This document shows, in pieces, positions 1-12,711 of a stretch of 64,000 bases of DNA. Origin of the DNA: Octopus vulgaris (Eukaryota); NCBI GenBank assembly GCA_951406725.2, contig OX597815.1:191890001-191954000 (forward strand), in the 5' to 3' direction. The notes beneath the pieces were generated by a model that was not told where the DNA came from, ran no database searches, and was given only the letters and a program-made list of their open reading frames with translations. Made by a program: the position numbers and the translations under genes. Numbering within the stretch: the first letter of the stretch is position 1; every line of letters begins with the position of its first letter.

Positions 1-146
1 CGTTAGGAAGGGCATCCAGCTGTAGAAACTCTGCCAGATCAGATTGGAGCCTTGTGCAGCCATCTGGTTTGCCAGTCCTCAGTCAAATCGTCCAACCCAT
101 GCCAGCATGGAAAGAGGATGTTAAATGATGATGATGATGATGATGA
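1..146 (+). mobile_element. SINE family C, 3' part (Meta/MESC-like core, RTE-type tail)
   Basis: GTTAGGAAGGGCATCCAGCTGTAGAAA core, then CCAACCCATGCCAGCATGGAAA..GTTAAA(TGA)n tail; recurs more than 10 times in the window. Confidence 0.8.
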
Positions 147-611
147 TTTGTTCAGCTAAAAATTCTTCAAAATGGTGCTCCAGCATGGCCGCAATTTAAT
201 AACAACTGAAGCAAGTACAAGTTAAATGATAAATACACACACATTCACATGTATATACATGCATCTGTGTGCACATATATATATATGCATGTGTGCATGT
301 GCCTGTATGCACATATCTACACATGTGCATGCATACATACAGGCAGACATTGCAAATGTTTCTGCTAATTAAATTACTTATTCAAACTATTTTAAGAATG
401 TTGTCTGTATTAAATTATCTACTCTAAGTATTTGAATTAAGTTCTAAATATCAAATCAGTAATTTAAATCCTATTTATAATCCAAACATTGAACTGACTC
501 AGCAAAAGTTTTAATCCAAAATTATGCATTGAAATTAAGATAGTTGCTTTCTGATAGAAATCAAAGTGAAAATCTTTCAGTAAGATATAAAACAAACACA
601 TATTTAAGCTC

Positions 612-1415
612 AGGTGTGGCTGTCTGGTAAGAAACATGTTACCAACCAAAGGCGGCGAGCTGGCAGAAGCGTTAGCATGCCGGCTGAAATGCCTAGCAGT
701 ATTTCGTCTGCCGTTATGTTCTGAGTTCAAGTTCCGCCGAGGTCGACTTTGCCTTTCGTCCTTTCGGGGTCGATTAGATAAGTACCAGTTATGCACTGGG
801 GTCGATATAATCGACATAATCTGTTTGTCTATCCTTGTTAGTCTTCTCTGTGTTTAGCCCCTTGTGGATTGTAAAGAAATAGGTATTTTATCTGCCGTCA
901 TGTTCTGAGTTCAAATTCCGCCGAGGTCGACTTTCCCTTTCATCCTTTCGGGGTCGATAAATTAAGTACCAGTTACATACTGGGGTCGATGTAATCAACT
1001 TAATCTCTTTGTCTGTCCCCTCTATGTTTAGCCCCTTGTGGGCAATAAAGAAATAAGAAACATGTTACCAACCACATGGTCCTGGATTCAGTCCCACGGT
1101 GTGGCGCCTTGGGCAACCAAAGCCTTGTGAGAGGATTTGGTAGACAGAAACTGAAAGATACCCATCATATATGTAAATACTTTCAAGTATGTGCCTCTGT
1201 GTGTGTCCGTCCCCTTGTATCTGTGTTTGAGCCCCACTACTGCTTAACAACCGGTGTTGGTGTGTTTACATCCCTGTATCTTAGTGGTTCACAAAAGAGA
1301 CCAGTAGAATAAGTACCAGACTTAAAAACTAAAAAAACAGAAAGGAAAAGCACTGGGGACGATTCGTTCAACTAAAACTTTTTCACGGCAGTGCCCCAGC
1401 ATGGCCACAGTCTAA
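612..1415 (+). mobile_element. SINE A interrupted by a dimeric SINE B (649-1053)
   Basis: SINE A head resumes after the insert; target duplication TAAGAAACATGTTACCAACCA at 628-648 and 1054-1074. Confidence 0.85.
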
Positions 1416-2026
1416 GAACAGGCAGATCCTGTGGTAATGAGGGCGCTGAAAGTGACACTAAACAACAGGCGCAGGGGTGTTGATGATGACATCTCTTCAT
1501 CTCTCCCTGCGGTCTCCTGCATTTGGCTTCAAAGCACACTACTCCAGCATCTATCTCACTTCATCACTATTTTGATTAATTATTACATTAACGATGAGCT
1601 TGTAATTGTGCCAGGAATGACTATAATACTTGACACTTTCAAATACCAAAGGAAAAAAAAAACAAAAAAAACTAAAAACGTAAATATAACACATGACCTT
1701 TGCATGCTTCAAATGATGAGTATGATATTTAAAATATGATTAAGCAATTCTATGTCCTATATTTTGATGATGTCCTATTTCCTACTTATGTGAAATATTT
1801 TTGTACTGTTCCTTTTTCTGTATATAAATTTATTCCTACCATTCAGTATAACAGTGCTGTTTAGTTTAGCACTGTTCTATGTAGCCAATTGGTTCAATAT
1901 ATTTCATTATATATATATATATATATATAGATGGGTGTGTGTGTATATATATATATATATTTGTATATATATATTGACATCACTTTGTAAGGAGCATAGA
2001 GTTGGCTTCCCATATATATATATATC

Positions 2027-2423
2027 GGAGTGGCTGTGTGGTAAATAGCTTGCTAACCAACCACATGGTTCAGTGTTCAGTCCCACTGCGTGGCATCTTG
2101 GGCAAGTGTCTTCTGCTATAGCCCCGGGCCGACCAATGCCTTGTGAGTGGATTTGGTAGATGGAAACTGAAAGAAGCCTGTCGTATATATGTATATATAT
2201 GTATATATATATGTGTATGTGTGCGTGTCTGTGTTTGTCCCCCTAGCATTGTTTGACAACCGATGCTGGTGTGTTTACGTCTCCGTCACTTAGCGGTTCG
2301 GCAAAAGAGACCGATAGAATAAGTACTGGGCTTACAAAGAATAAGTCCCGGGGTCGATTTGCTCGACTAAAGGCGGTGCTCCAGCATGGCCGCATTCAAA
2401 TGACTGAAACAAGGAAAAGAGTA
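2027..2423 (+). mobile_element. tRNA-derived SINE A, full length
   Basis: A-box-like TGGCTGTGTGGT, B-box-like GTTCAGTCC, internal (TA/TG)n, tail GGTGCTCCAGCATGGCCGCA..ACTGAAACAAG; near-identical copies at 17053, 46289 and 58690. Confidence 0.9.
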
Positions 2424-2489
2424 TGTATATGTATGTATATAGTTAATCTAAAAAAATGAAGAAAAACACAAGAAAAATATAACGAGAGG

Positions 2490-2790
2490 ATGGCCCTTGT
2501 GCTGGTGGCACGTAAAAAGCACCCATTACACTCTTGGAATGGTTGGTGTTATGAAGGGCATCCAGCTGTAGAAACATTACCAGATCAAATTGGAGCTTGG
2601 TGCAGCCTCCTGGCTCGCCAGCCCTCAGTCAAACCGTCCAACCCATATCAGCATGGAAAGTGGACGTTAAACGTTATGTTACATTTCATCATCATCATCA
2701 TCGTCTAGTATTCACTTTTCCATGCTTGCATGGGTCAGACAATATTTGTTGAGGCAGGTTTTCTATGGCTGGATGCCCTTCCTAATGCCT
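2490..2790. mobile_element. Two SINE C fragments, tail-to-tail
   Basis: + copy 2490-2680 and - copy 2690-2790 share the AAGGGCATCCAGC and CCATG..AGCATGGAAA motifs. Confidence 0.65.
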
Positions 2791-3064
2791 AATCTTTGTA
2801 TATATAAAAAGCAAAAAAAAAAAAATTAAATTTAAAAACCCAATAAAAAAGCACTAAATTGAGTTCTAATGCACTTTTACTGATGATGAAGAGAAGTAGA
2901 AAGTAGGGGTGGGCAGTGGAACAGTGGAGTTGATAATGAGATGGGTGTCATGGTTTATTATATTTCTCAACTCTGCACACGCAGACACATCTTGTTAGAT
3001 ACTGTCACCTACACACACCCACACAGACATGCACATATATATAATATATATATATATGTATAAC

Positions 3065-3148
<84 letters not shown>

Positions 3149-3162
3149 GGTGTGTGTGTGTG

Positions 3163-3450
3163 CAGGCATGGCTGTGTGGTAAGAAGCTTACTGCCCAAGG
3201 ACATGGTTCCGGGTTCAGTCCCACTGCATAGCACCTTGAGCGAGTATCATCTACTGTAGCCTTGGGTCGACCAAAGCCTGGTGAGCGGATTTGGTAGATG
3301 GAAACTGAAAGAAGACCGTTTTATATATATATATATATATATACATACATACATATGTATATATATATATATATATACAGACATACATACATATATATAC
3401 ATACATACATACATATATATATACATACATACATACATACATATATATAC

Positions 3451-3511
<61 letters not shown>

Positions 3512-3790
3512 CATACATACATACATATATATATATATACATACACATATATATATAAATGTATATATGTTTATGTGGCTTTGTGTCTGTGTTTGCTCCC
3601 CTCCGCCCCCACCATCACATGACAACCGATGTTGGTGTGTTTATATTCCCATAACCTAGAGGTTCAGCAAAAGAGATCGATAGAATAAGTACTAGGCTTA
3701 CAAAGAATAAGTCCTGGGGGTCGATTTGCTCGACTAAAGGCAGTGCTCCAGCATGGCTGCAGTCAAATAACTGAAACAAATAAAAGAATA
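3163..3790 (+). mobile_element. SINE A with expanded internal (TA/TACA)n tract
   Basis: Head and tail match the 2027 copy; internal microsatellite about 250 bp. Confidence 0.85.
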
Positions 3791-3804
3791 CAAGAAGAAA
3801 AGAA

Positions 3805-3969
3805 TATATATATGTTTGTATATATTTATGTATGTGTATACATGTATATATGTTTACACAAACGCATGCATACACATCTATTATATGCTTATGCGCACGT
3901 GTGTGTGTGCATATACATACAAATATATATATGCATGTATATGTATACACAAACTTATGCACTCATGTT

Positions 3970-4043
<74 letters not shown>

Positions 4044-4055
4044 CAAATACATACA

Positions 4056-4086
<31 letters not shown>

Positions 4087-4097
4087 CTATACATATA

Positions 4098-4135
<38 letters not shown>

Positions 4136-4141
4136 CATATC

Positions 4142-4185
<44 letters not shown>

Positions 4186-4335
4186 CAAATACATACAATA
4201 TACATATATATATATATATATACATATCTATATATATATATATATATATACATATCTATACATATCTATATATATATATATATACATATCTATACATATC
4301 TATATATATATATATATACATATCTATAATAATAT

Positions 4336-4367
<32 letters not shown>

Positions 4368-4368
4368 A

Positions 4369-4457
<89 letters not shown>

Positions 4458-4500
4458 TATATACATATATACACATATATATATATACACACACATGCAT
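3805..4500. repeat. Compound (TA)n/(TACA)n microsatellite
   Basis: Direct inspection; source of the I/Y-rich ORFs. Confidence 0.95.
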
Positions 4501-5117
4501 CTTTCATTCTTTAAAAATTCATTCAGTTGACACATGTCGTTCACCTCCCATTCTCCCTCCTGCCTCGCCCACCCACCTTTGCTCTCCTCCTCTTCTTTCT
4601 CCATACCACCACCACCACCACCACCACCACCACCTCCACCACCGTTGTCCTCCCCACCGTCGGCCTCCTCATCGTCGTCATCGCTGTCAATGAAACCAGC
4701 TTACCATTCTCACATTATTCTTCTAATTCCCAAAGCTGACCAACTTCCTGGTTTATTCCCTCTGCTGTCGAATTCCTCTACAAACAGCTTACACCTCCTT
4801 CTCCTTCTCTTTCTCCTTTGTCTTAGAAATTTTAGAATTACTTATAAATATGTTACAAGATGGATGCCATTTTCATTTTTTATATACTTTTGTTTATTTA
4901 TTTGAGTTGTTTTTTGTTTTTTTATCTCTTTTTTTTTGTTTTTTTTGCATACATTTTTTTCGTTGTTTGATTTTTGTTTTTCTATTCTTTCTCTTTTGTC
5001 GTTTCTTTTCTTTATCTTTTCTACTTTTCTTTTAAATAAAATAAAATAACATTAAAAAACAGGTTGGTCTTTTGTTTGTTTTATATATGTATATATTTTT
5101 TTTTGTGTGTATGTATG

Positions 5118-5148
<31 letters not shown>

Positions 5149-5440
5149 GTCGAGAGAGAGAGAGGGAGAGAAAGATAGTATGTGATTGCATGCATATATA
5201 TATATATACATATACACACACACACATATATATATATACACACATATATATGTATATAAGTAGAATTATTAAAATATAAACAACAACCATTTTTGTTTAC
5301 AAAATTCTAAAATGTTTCAAGAATCAAGTGATATTTTGGTAGTGTAGCATATTTGGAATATTATTTACTCAATAAATATAGCTATAACAACAACATCATC
5401 ACCATCGTCATCACCAACACCAGCAGCACCACCACCATTG

Positions 5441-5583
5441 ACTTCTTCTTTTCCTCCTGACTCTTCTTCTTCTTCTTCTTCTTCTTCTTCTTCTCCTCCT
5501 CCTCCTCCTCCTTCTTCTTCTTCTTCTTCTTCTTCTTCTTCTTCTTCTTCTTCTTCTTCTTCTTCTTCTTCTTCTTCTTCTCC
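5441..5583. repeat. (TTC)n/(TCC)n microsatellite
   Basis: Direct inspection. Confidence 0.95.
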
Positions 5584-5719
5584 TTTTATGTCCACTATCT
5601 ATTGCTGGCACTTGTTGCAGCAGTTGGCAAGCTCAGAGTCATTTTTTAAAATTCAGTCTGTGTGAAGCATCATGTCCTCATTCATATGGTTCAAATTGTG
5701 ACACATCCGAAATTTGTTC

Positions 5720-6050
5720 TCCAAATACTCTACAGATTCTCCTATAAGCAATGAGTCATCCACATACAAAAGCTCATAGTGGCAACTGGTCTTGAACTCC
5801 TCAAACTGAGCCCTGATGGATCCCCTGTCTGAAAACTAAATCCCTAATGGAACTCATTATTAACTCTGACCTTGTTGACAGCACCTGTGTACATGGCCAG
5901 TATGGTCTTAACAAATTAACTATTAATGTCTTGATTTCTCTGAGACTATCTTGTCATAGAGTGAAGGATCTTATCAAAATCCTTCTCCAGGCTAATGAAT
6001 GCTTAGTATTTTATTCTTAACTTAGAACTTCTTCAGTAGTTGTCTCACTG
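5720..6050 (-). pseudogene. Degenerate RTE-clade LINE reverse transcriptase fragment
   Basis: Manual minus-strand translation across frameshifts gives RQLLKKF..AFISLEKDFDKI..ILAMYTGAVNKVRVNNEF..EEFKTSCHYELLYVDDSLLIGES, matching the RT motifs AFVDLEKAFD and ELLYADDL. Confidence 0.75.
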
Positions 6051-7023
6051 CAGTTTTACCTAGAAGATTTGGAATGAAGAACACCATTTTTATGATGCCT
6101 TTCAATTTGGCAACAAAAGTAGGCTGTGTATAACTGAAAGAACAAACATCTTTGTTTGATTGAAAAAACTGTTCTAACCTAGAGATCCAAAAATCTTCAC
6201 AAAATGTTTGAATGTTGATAAGTTTCTGTTATCAAACTGGAAGGTGATCCTTTCAGCAGGTTAGATATACAGTGCAACATCATTTAAGCCTTTCCTTCAT
6301 TCAACTACCCCACTAAGCATAGCTTTTTTAGGTGACAATACAGAGTTAAAGGACATTAACCACTCAACATTAACGAAATTCTATCAAATGGGTTAGAGAG
6401 ACATAATCTAGATTTTATGAACAGAATTAATCCCCTTTCCTTTAGAATGTTTCTTAACATATTTTTCTTGTATTTCCTCATGGAATATCTATGTTATATG
6501 AGCTTGAATGATTGCACAGTACACTATACAAGCCCATCCAATTACTGCATTATCCAAGCATGAAACTTGAAGTAGCTTATGTATAGCACTTTTATATGTA
6601 TGTATGTGTGGTTGTTTGTGTCTCCGGGTTTTGGCATTGCACAAAAGTTGTAAAAGAGCATCTTCGTCATAAATATGATTTCCTTTGTTTCCAATCTTCC
6701 ATGAAAACAAATCTAGCCACATGGGAAATCCTTTACATAGAAAACAAATGAGGTTTAGTGACAGGAAGAGCATCCAATGATATAAAATTTACCTCATTGA
6801 ATTCCCTAGAACCCATGCAAGTATCAAAATATGAACATGAAAATAATGATGATCATGATGATGATGACATATCTATAAAACCTTGATTTATATGATCCAC
6901 TTAGCTACATTTCTATAAAACCAGGCAATGTTGAAATTAATGGTTTAAAAAAATATACAACTCACCTGATTTTGTTCATTTGATATATTTCTAATGAATG
7001 TTTTTCTTTTTTGTTTCTTGCAG

Positions 7024-7044
7024 CATCAAGTGGCTCCAATAACT
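7024..7044 (+). CDS. Candidate 21-nt frame-preserving microexon of an unidentified host gene
   Basis: Branch-like CTAAT (6991), pyrimidine tract TTTTTCTTTTTTGTTTCTTGCAG, exon CATCAAGTGGCTCCAATAACT, consensus donor GTGAGT; open in two phases (HQVAPIT or xSSGSNN). Confidence 0.5.
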
Positions 7045-7337
7045 GTGAGTACTCTTTTGGTATTGAGTAATAATTAATCATAGTCTTATATATTAAATTT
7101 TCTCTGCTGAGAAAAATCTTCCATAAATACATGCAATTGAAAGCGGGCTAGCGAAAAGATATTTAAAAAAGACCCCATATTAATTGTGAATTAGCTAATT
7201 TCAAGATTAAAATCTTAGATTTTTTTCCCATCACCCACTTTCAATTGTATGTATTTAGAGAGTTTTTTTTGGTAGCTTCGTAATGTTCAGACATTAATTC
7301 AGCATGGGCGAGAAAAGTCCTGTTTCAACTTCCTCCC

Positions 7338-7370
<33 letters not shown>

Positions 7371-7376
<6 letters not shown>

Positions 7377-7491
7377 TTAGGGCTAAAACCACTAGGTGGA
7401 TAACCATACGCTAGAAGATCACATACGATCTAATAGTATGTGATCTTCTAGCATATGGTTATCCACCTAGTGGTTTTAGCCCTAAATATAC
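7371..7491. repeat. Near-perfect palindrome (56-bp arms, 9-nt loop) next to (TA)n
   Basis: GTATATTTAGGGCTAAAACC...GATCACATAC is the reverse complement of GTATGTGATC...GCCCTAAATATAC, with one mismatch. Confidence 0.9.
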
Positions 7492-7612
7492 ACATGTATT
7501 GAAATTTTTTCTGATTTTTCAGGTTTTTTATATGCTAGGCTACTGGTTTTAAATTGATATTAATTAAATTAATATTCAATTTATTTCCCTCATTATTTAA
7601 ATGTTTGTAATG

Positions 7613-7658
<46 letters not shown>

Positions 7659-8793
7659 ATTAATGTATAAATTGCTTATAAATTTTTATTCCATGCTGAT
7701 TACCTGATAATAATCACTAACGTGATTTTTATCCTTATTTTATGAATAACCATAGTCTTATATACAAGCGTATTGTTACTAACTGACTATAAGTTATTCC
7801 TTCTCTGAGAAGAATTGAAACTAAATCCTATACAGAATCTAGTCTCTTGTCACTATTCAAATCTTGGTTTCAAAATTGGTGCCCCACTTCCTTATTTTTG
7901 CAGGAAACTCTAAGTCATAGCAAGCATCAGTAATATTAATATGCTAACTTTTTGTTTTTGTATGTACCTGTTGTGTGCGTCACACTTCAAAGAAGAGGCA
8001 AAGGGAGTGAGAGGAGGACAGAGAGGAAGTAAGGGGGAGAGAGAGAGAGGAGGACAGAGAGAAAGTAAGGGAGAGAGAGAAAGAGAGGGAGAGAGTGATA
8101 GAGACAATGAGTGGTGATGCATTCGTCTTGTGTTTTTAAATGTTCCAGAGAGAATGTAAGAGAGAAAGAAAGAGAGTGAAAGAGACAGTGAGTGGAGACT
8201 GCGTTCGTTTTGTATTTTTAAATGTTTCAGAGAGAACATAAGAGAGTGAGAAAAGGTGAGAGAGAAAGAGAGAGTGAAAGAGGCAGTGAGTAATGATGGT
8301 GTTCGTTTTGTGTTTTTAAATGTTTATCACGTCACAAAAGAAATAGACACATAGATATGTATACACATTGTTAAATCAAAAGTGGTAGAGAAGAGGGACA
8401 CAAATGAAGTGAAAGAGAAAGAGAGAAAGTGAGAGTGACAGTTCATAGATACATAGACACAGGAAATATTGGCTGTCAATTTCACTTTTCATTACCACAT
8501 GAGGATAAAATTAACTCACAAATGGCTGAGTACTCCAGACATGCATAACATTTAATGTAGTTCTCAGGGGGATTCAGCCTCACACAGAATATGACAAGGC
8601 TGGCCCCTTTGAATTACAGCTACAATTTGAGACATTTATATATATATGAATGTATTTGTGTGTGTGTATAGTTTAGGTTAATTGAAACATGTTTGCAGTA
8701 ATAAGTGTCGCGTGGTGAAAATAAATGCAATTACCAAACTTTTATTCATAAATCCATTTATTATTTCATTCCTTTGCATTTCAATTTGTACAT

Positions 8794-10211
8794 TTGTACC
8801 TAGAAATTTTCAACAACTACACGCCAGAAGAAATGGAAATACAAGTAATTTTCTCTCCTAAAAATTCCGACTGTCTTGCAATAAATGAAAAAGTTCAAAA
8901 TATTATACCAGAGGCACTTAAGACATACTTAAGCACAGACTCAGTGTCCTGCAATAATGAAGAAGAGATTCAGAACTATCCAATTGAATTCATAAACTCA
9001 TTCACTACATCTGGTATGCCTCCTCATCACCTCTACTTAAAAGTAGGGGCTATTGTAAAGGCAGTGAGCTGGCAGAAACGTTAGCACGCCGGGTGAAATG
9101 CATAGCCGTATTTCGTCTACTGTTACGTTCTGAGTTCAAATTCCGCTGAGGTCGACTTTGCCTTTCATCCTTTCAGGGGTCGATAAATTAAGTACCAGTT
9201 ACGCACTGGAGTTCGATATAATCAACTTAATCCGTTTGTCAGTCCTTGTATGTCCCCTCTGTGTTTAGCACCTTGTGGGTAGTAAAGAAATTGGTATTTC
9301 GTCTGTCATTATGTTCTAAGTTCAAATTCTGCCGAGGTCGACTTTGCCTTTCATCCTTTCAGGGTCGATAAATTAAGTACCAGTTATGCACTGGGGTTCG
9401 ATATAATCAACTTAATCCGTTTGTCAGTCCTTGTATGTCCCCTCTGTGTTTAGCCCCTTGTGGGTAGTAAAGAAATTGGTATTTCGTCTGTCATTACGTT
9501 CTAAGTTCAAATTCTGCCGAGGTCGACTTTGCCTTTCATCCTTTCAGGGTCGATAAATTAAGTACCAGTTATGCACTGGGGTTCGATATAATCAACTTAA
9601 TCCGTTTGTCAGTCCTTGTATGTCCCCTCTGTGTTTAGCCCCTTGTGGGTAGTAAAGAAATAGGTATTTCGTCTGTCGTTACGTTCTGAGTGCAAATTCC
9701 GCCGAGGTCAACTTTGCTTTTCATCCTTTCGGGGTCGATAAATTAAGTACCAGTTACGCACTGGGGTCGATGTAATCGACTTAATCCGTTTGTCTGTCCT
9801 TGTTTGTCCCCTCTGTGTTTAGCCCCTTGTGGGTAATAAAGAAATAGGTATTTCATCTGACGTTACGTTCTGAGTTCAAATTCCGGCAAGGTCGACTTTG
9901 CCTTTCATCCTTTCGGGGTCGATAAATTAAGTACCAGTTACGTACTGGGGTTCGATGTAATCGACTTAATCCGTTTGTCCTTGTTTGTCCTCTCTGTGTT
10001 TAGCCCCTTGTGGGTAGTAAAAGAAATATATTGTAATGCTGCTAAGAAATCTTTCGATCAGTCAAGGATTATGTAATGGAACTCGCATGGAAGTGCAAAG
10101 ACTTCATGAACATTGTGTAGAGGCATCTTTGGTAACAGGCTCCAACAGAGGTCATACAGTTCTAATTCCCAGAATTAAACTTAGCCCAAGTGATGCAAAT
10201 ATTCCATTCAC
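8794..10211 (+). pseudogene. Helitron PIF1-type helicase fragment split by a SINE B array
   Basis: IFSPKNSDCLAINE..YLSTDSV..YPIEFINSFTTSGMPPHHLYLKVGAIV continues as MLLRNLSISQGLCNGTRM..LIPRIKLSPSDANIPF, the classic Helitron helicase motifs; removing 9059-10036 restores the frame. Confidence 0.9.
9059..10028 (+). mobile_element. SINE B, one head plus five tandem ~185-bp bodies
   Basis: Units start GTATTTC at 9108, 9294, 9479, 9664 and 9848; TSD TATTGTAA at 9051-9058 and 10029-10036; core GCCTTTCATCCTTTCGGGGTCGATAAATTAAGTACCAG resembles the Deu/Nin SINE domain. Confidence 0.9.
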
Positions 10212-10394
10212 AGATTCTGGTTCAGTTCCACTGCATGGCACTTTGGGCAAGTGTCTTCTGCTGTAGGCTTGGTCTACATCGTTTTTCTTTTATCTTTTAC
10301 TTGTTTCAGTCATTGGACTGAGACCATGCTGAAGGAATCGACCCCAGATATTTTTTTAAGCCTTGTACTTATTCTATTGGTATCTGTTGCTGAA

Positions 10395-10624
10395 GGCGAG
10401 CTGGCAGAAATGTTAGCACGCTGGGCGAAATGCGTAGCTGTATTTCACCTGCCGTTACATTCTGAGTTCAAATTCCGCCGAGGTCGACTTTGCCTTTCAT
10501 CCTTTCAGGGTCGATTAAATAAGTACCAGTTACGCACTGGGGTCGATATAATTGACTTAATTCGTGTGTCTGTCCTTGTTTGTCCTCTCTGTGTTTAGCC
10601 CCTTGTGGGTAGTAAAGAAGTAAG
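10395..10624 (+). mobile_element. SINE B monomer nested in a minus-strand SINE A-related tail
   Basis: Flanked by GTATCTGTTGCTGAA and GTATCTTTTGCTGAA. Confidence 0.8.
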
Positions 10625-12453
10625 TATCTTTTGCTGAACTGCTAAGTTATAAGAACGTAAGTACCAGTTGAACATAGGGGTTGATGTAACCCTTCTCCCA
10701 AAATTGATGGCCTTGTACCAAACTTTGAAACCAATATTATCATTAAACTATATTGTGTAGTCTTGTGTATGTGTGTTTGTGGTGTGTGTGTGTGCATATG
10801 TGCATGCATACATATGTATAACTGGTCCTTACTTTACTAGCTCTGAATGGAACCTTAAGAGAACAACTTCCTTAACTGGATTTGAACTTACATCATAAGA
10901 GAAACACAAAGAAACTTAATGTTGCAATTAATTTTTGTTGTTTTTAAAGTTCAGTTTTTTTAAACTTAAGAAGACCTATGATCAAAGGCATTCCAACCAT
11001 GACCACCCCGTATTTTTTTTTCCATGTGCAGTGAACCAAAGTTCATATGACCCAATGTGATGGGTGTGATGGTGTGGGTGAGGGTAGTTGTGGAGATAGG
11101 AGTGGGGGAGTAATGATGCAAAAATAAAAATTATGTGGAAATATTAATATAAGTGAAGAAAGAGAAATAGCAACTATTTTTTTTTGAAAAAGGGGAGAAA
11201 AAATGCAAAAAGAAAGGATAAAAAAAATTGGAAATAAAAAAGAAATAAAAGGAAAACTTGGCCAAAGTGTTAAAGATGGCAGTGATGGTGGTAGCGGTGG
11301 AGGCAGTGCCGGAGGTGTGAAATGAAAGCTCAACTGCATAAAAGAGAATTCCATATAAAGCCAGATCAGCGTGGTTTAGTGATTCCGTCAGTTTACTAAG
11401 ATCAAAGTTGTGATAGAGAAAGAGACGGAAAAGTAAAAGACAAGGAAAGAGAGTGAAAGAGAGAGGGAAGACAGAGCGAGGAAGAGAGAAAGTGAGGGTG
11501 AGAGAGTAGGGGTTTGTCTTGGTAGAGAAAAATTCTTCAATCATACTGCTTTATCCTTAATAGATGGTCTGGCTAATAATAGCATGTTATAAGAAGGTCT
11601 ATAGGAAGCCAGTTAAAAGACCAGGTGCAAAGTTCATGATATAATTTGCTCCATGCACCTTACTTTCAGTTTAAATTATCAAGGTGAGCGACTGAATGAA
11701 TGAATGAGAGATTTATGAATGAAAGATTTGATTAAACTGGGTTGGGTTGAGCCAATTGTGTTGTAAAGAATTGGTCTGGCCAGGATGATATAATAATGTG
11801 ATAATAGAATTATTGGAATTCTGGATGTGCAGAAGATTAGGATTATTTATATATTCTTTTTGACAATTAATCTTTAGCATTTGGCGAAGAATTTTACTTC
11901 CCGACCACATGGTTTCTGGTTCAGTTCCACTGCATGGCACTTTGGTCTACATCGTTTTTTTTTTTTCTTTTATCTTTTACTTGTTTCAGTCATTGGACTG
12001 TGACCATGCTGGGGCACCCCCTTAAGGAAATTTAGGTGAATGAATTGATGTCAAAACTTTTTTTTAAAGCCATGTACTTATTTTAGTGGTATCTTTTGCT
12101 GAACTGCTAAGTTATGGGGACATAAACATACCAACGCTGGTTGTCAAGTGGTAGTGGTGGACAAACAGACACACAAAGATACACGTATACACACACACAC
12201 ACACACACATATGAAATGACACTTATCTATCTATCTATCTATCTTTCTATTTATCTGTCTGTTTGTCTGTCTGTCATGATTCCTTTTGATCGAAATTTGA
12301 CCTACTTTTTAAAATTTTTATTTTATTTTTTATTTTTTCCTTCTCTTCTTCCCAAAAAGAAAAGCTCTACTTTGTATTTTGTCCCTTCTGTGTTCAGCCC
12401 TGCGTGGCTAATAAAGAAATCTATCTATCTATCTGTCCACATATATATATAAT

Positions 12454-12495
<42 letters not shown>

Positions 12496-12711
12496 TATTT
12501 ATATGTATGAAATGGGCTTCTTTCACTTTCTGTCAAATGCACTCGCGCAGCTTTGGTTGGCCCAAGGCTATAGTAGAAGAAACTTGCCTAAGGTGTCACA
12601 CTGAACAATGTGGTCGGGAAGCAACACTCTCACTACACAGCCATGCCTGCTGGCAAATTTCCTTCAGATCACTTCATTACAATATTATGAAGAAACAATT
12701 GTATTGGATTA

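Noticed and set aside
636-857. Recurrent short ORFs such as GGELAEALA..RRGRLCLSSF and RQASFSFRLPNPLTR
   Set aside because: Chance translations of SINE A and SINE B consensus sequence, repeated wherever the SINE occurs.
3743-4693. 316-aa ORF and the other long I/Y/H/M/C/V-rich ORFs (17738-19075, 49109-49879, 49978-50758)
   Set aside because: Translations of (TA)n, (CA)n and (TATG)n microsatellites, which lack stop codons by construction.
9108-10028. Regular array resembling CRISPR
   Set aside because: The units are full ~185-bp SINE bodies with no unique spacers; eukaryotic context with no cas genes.
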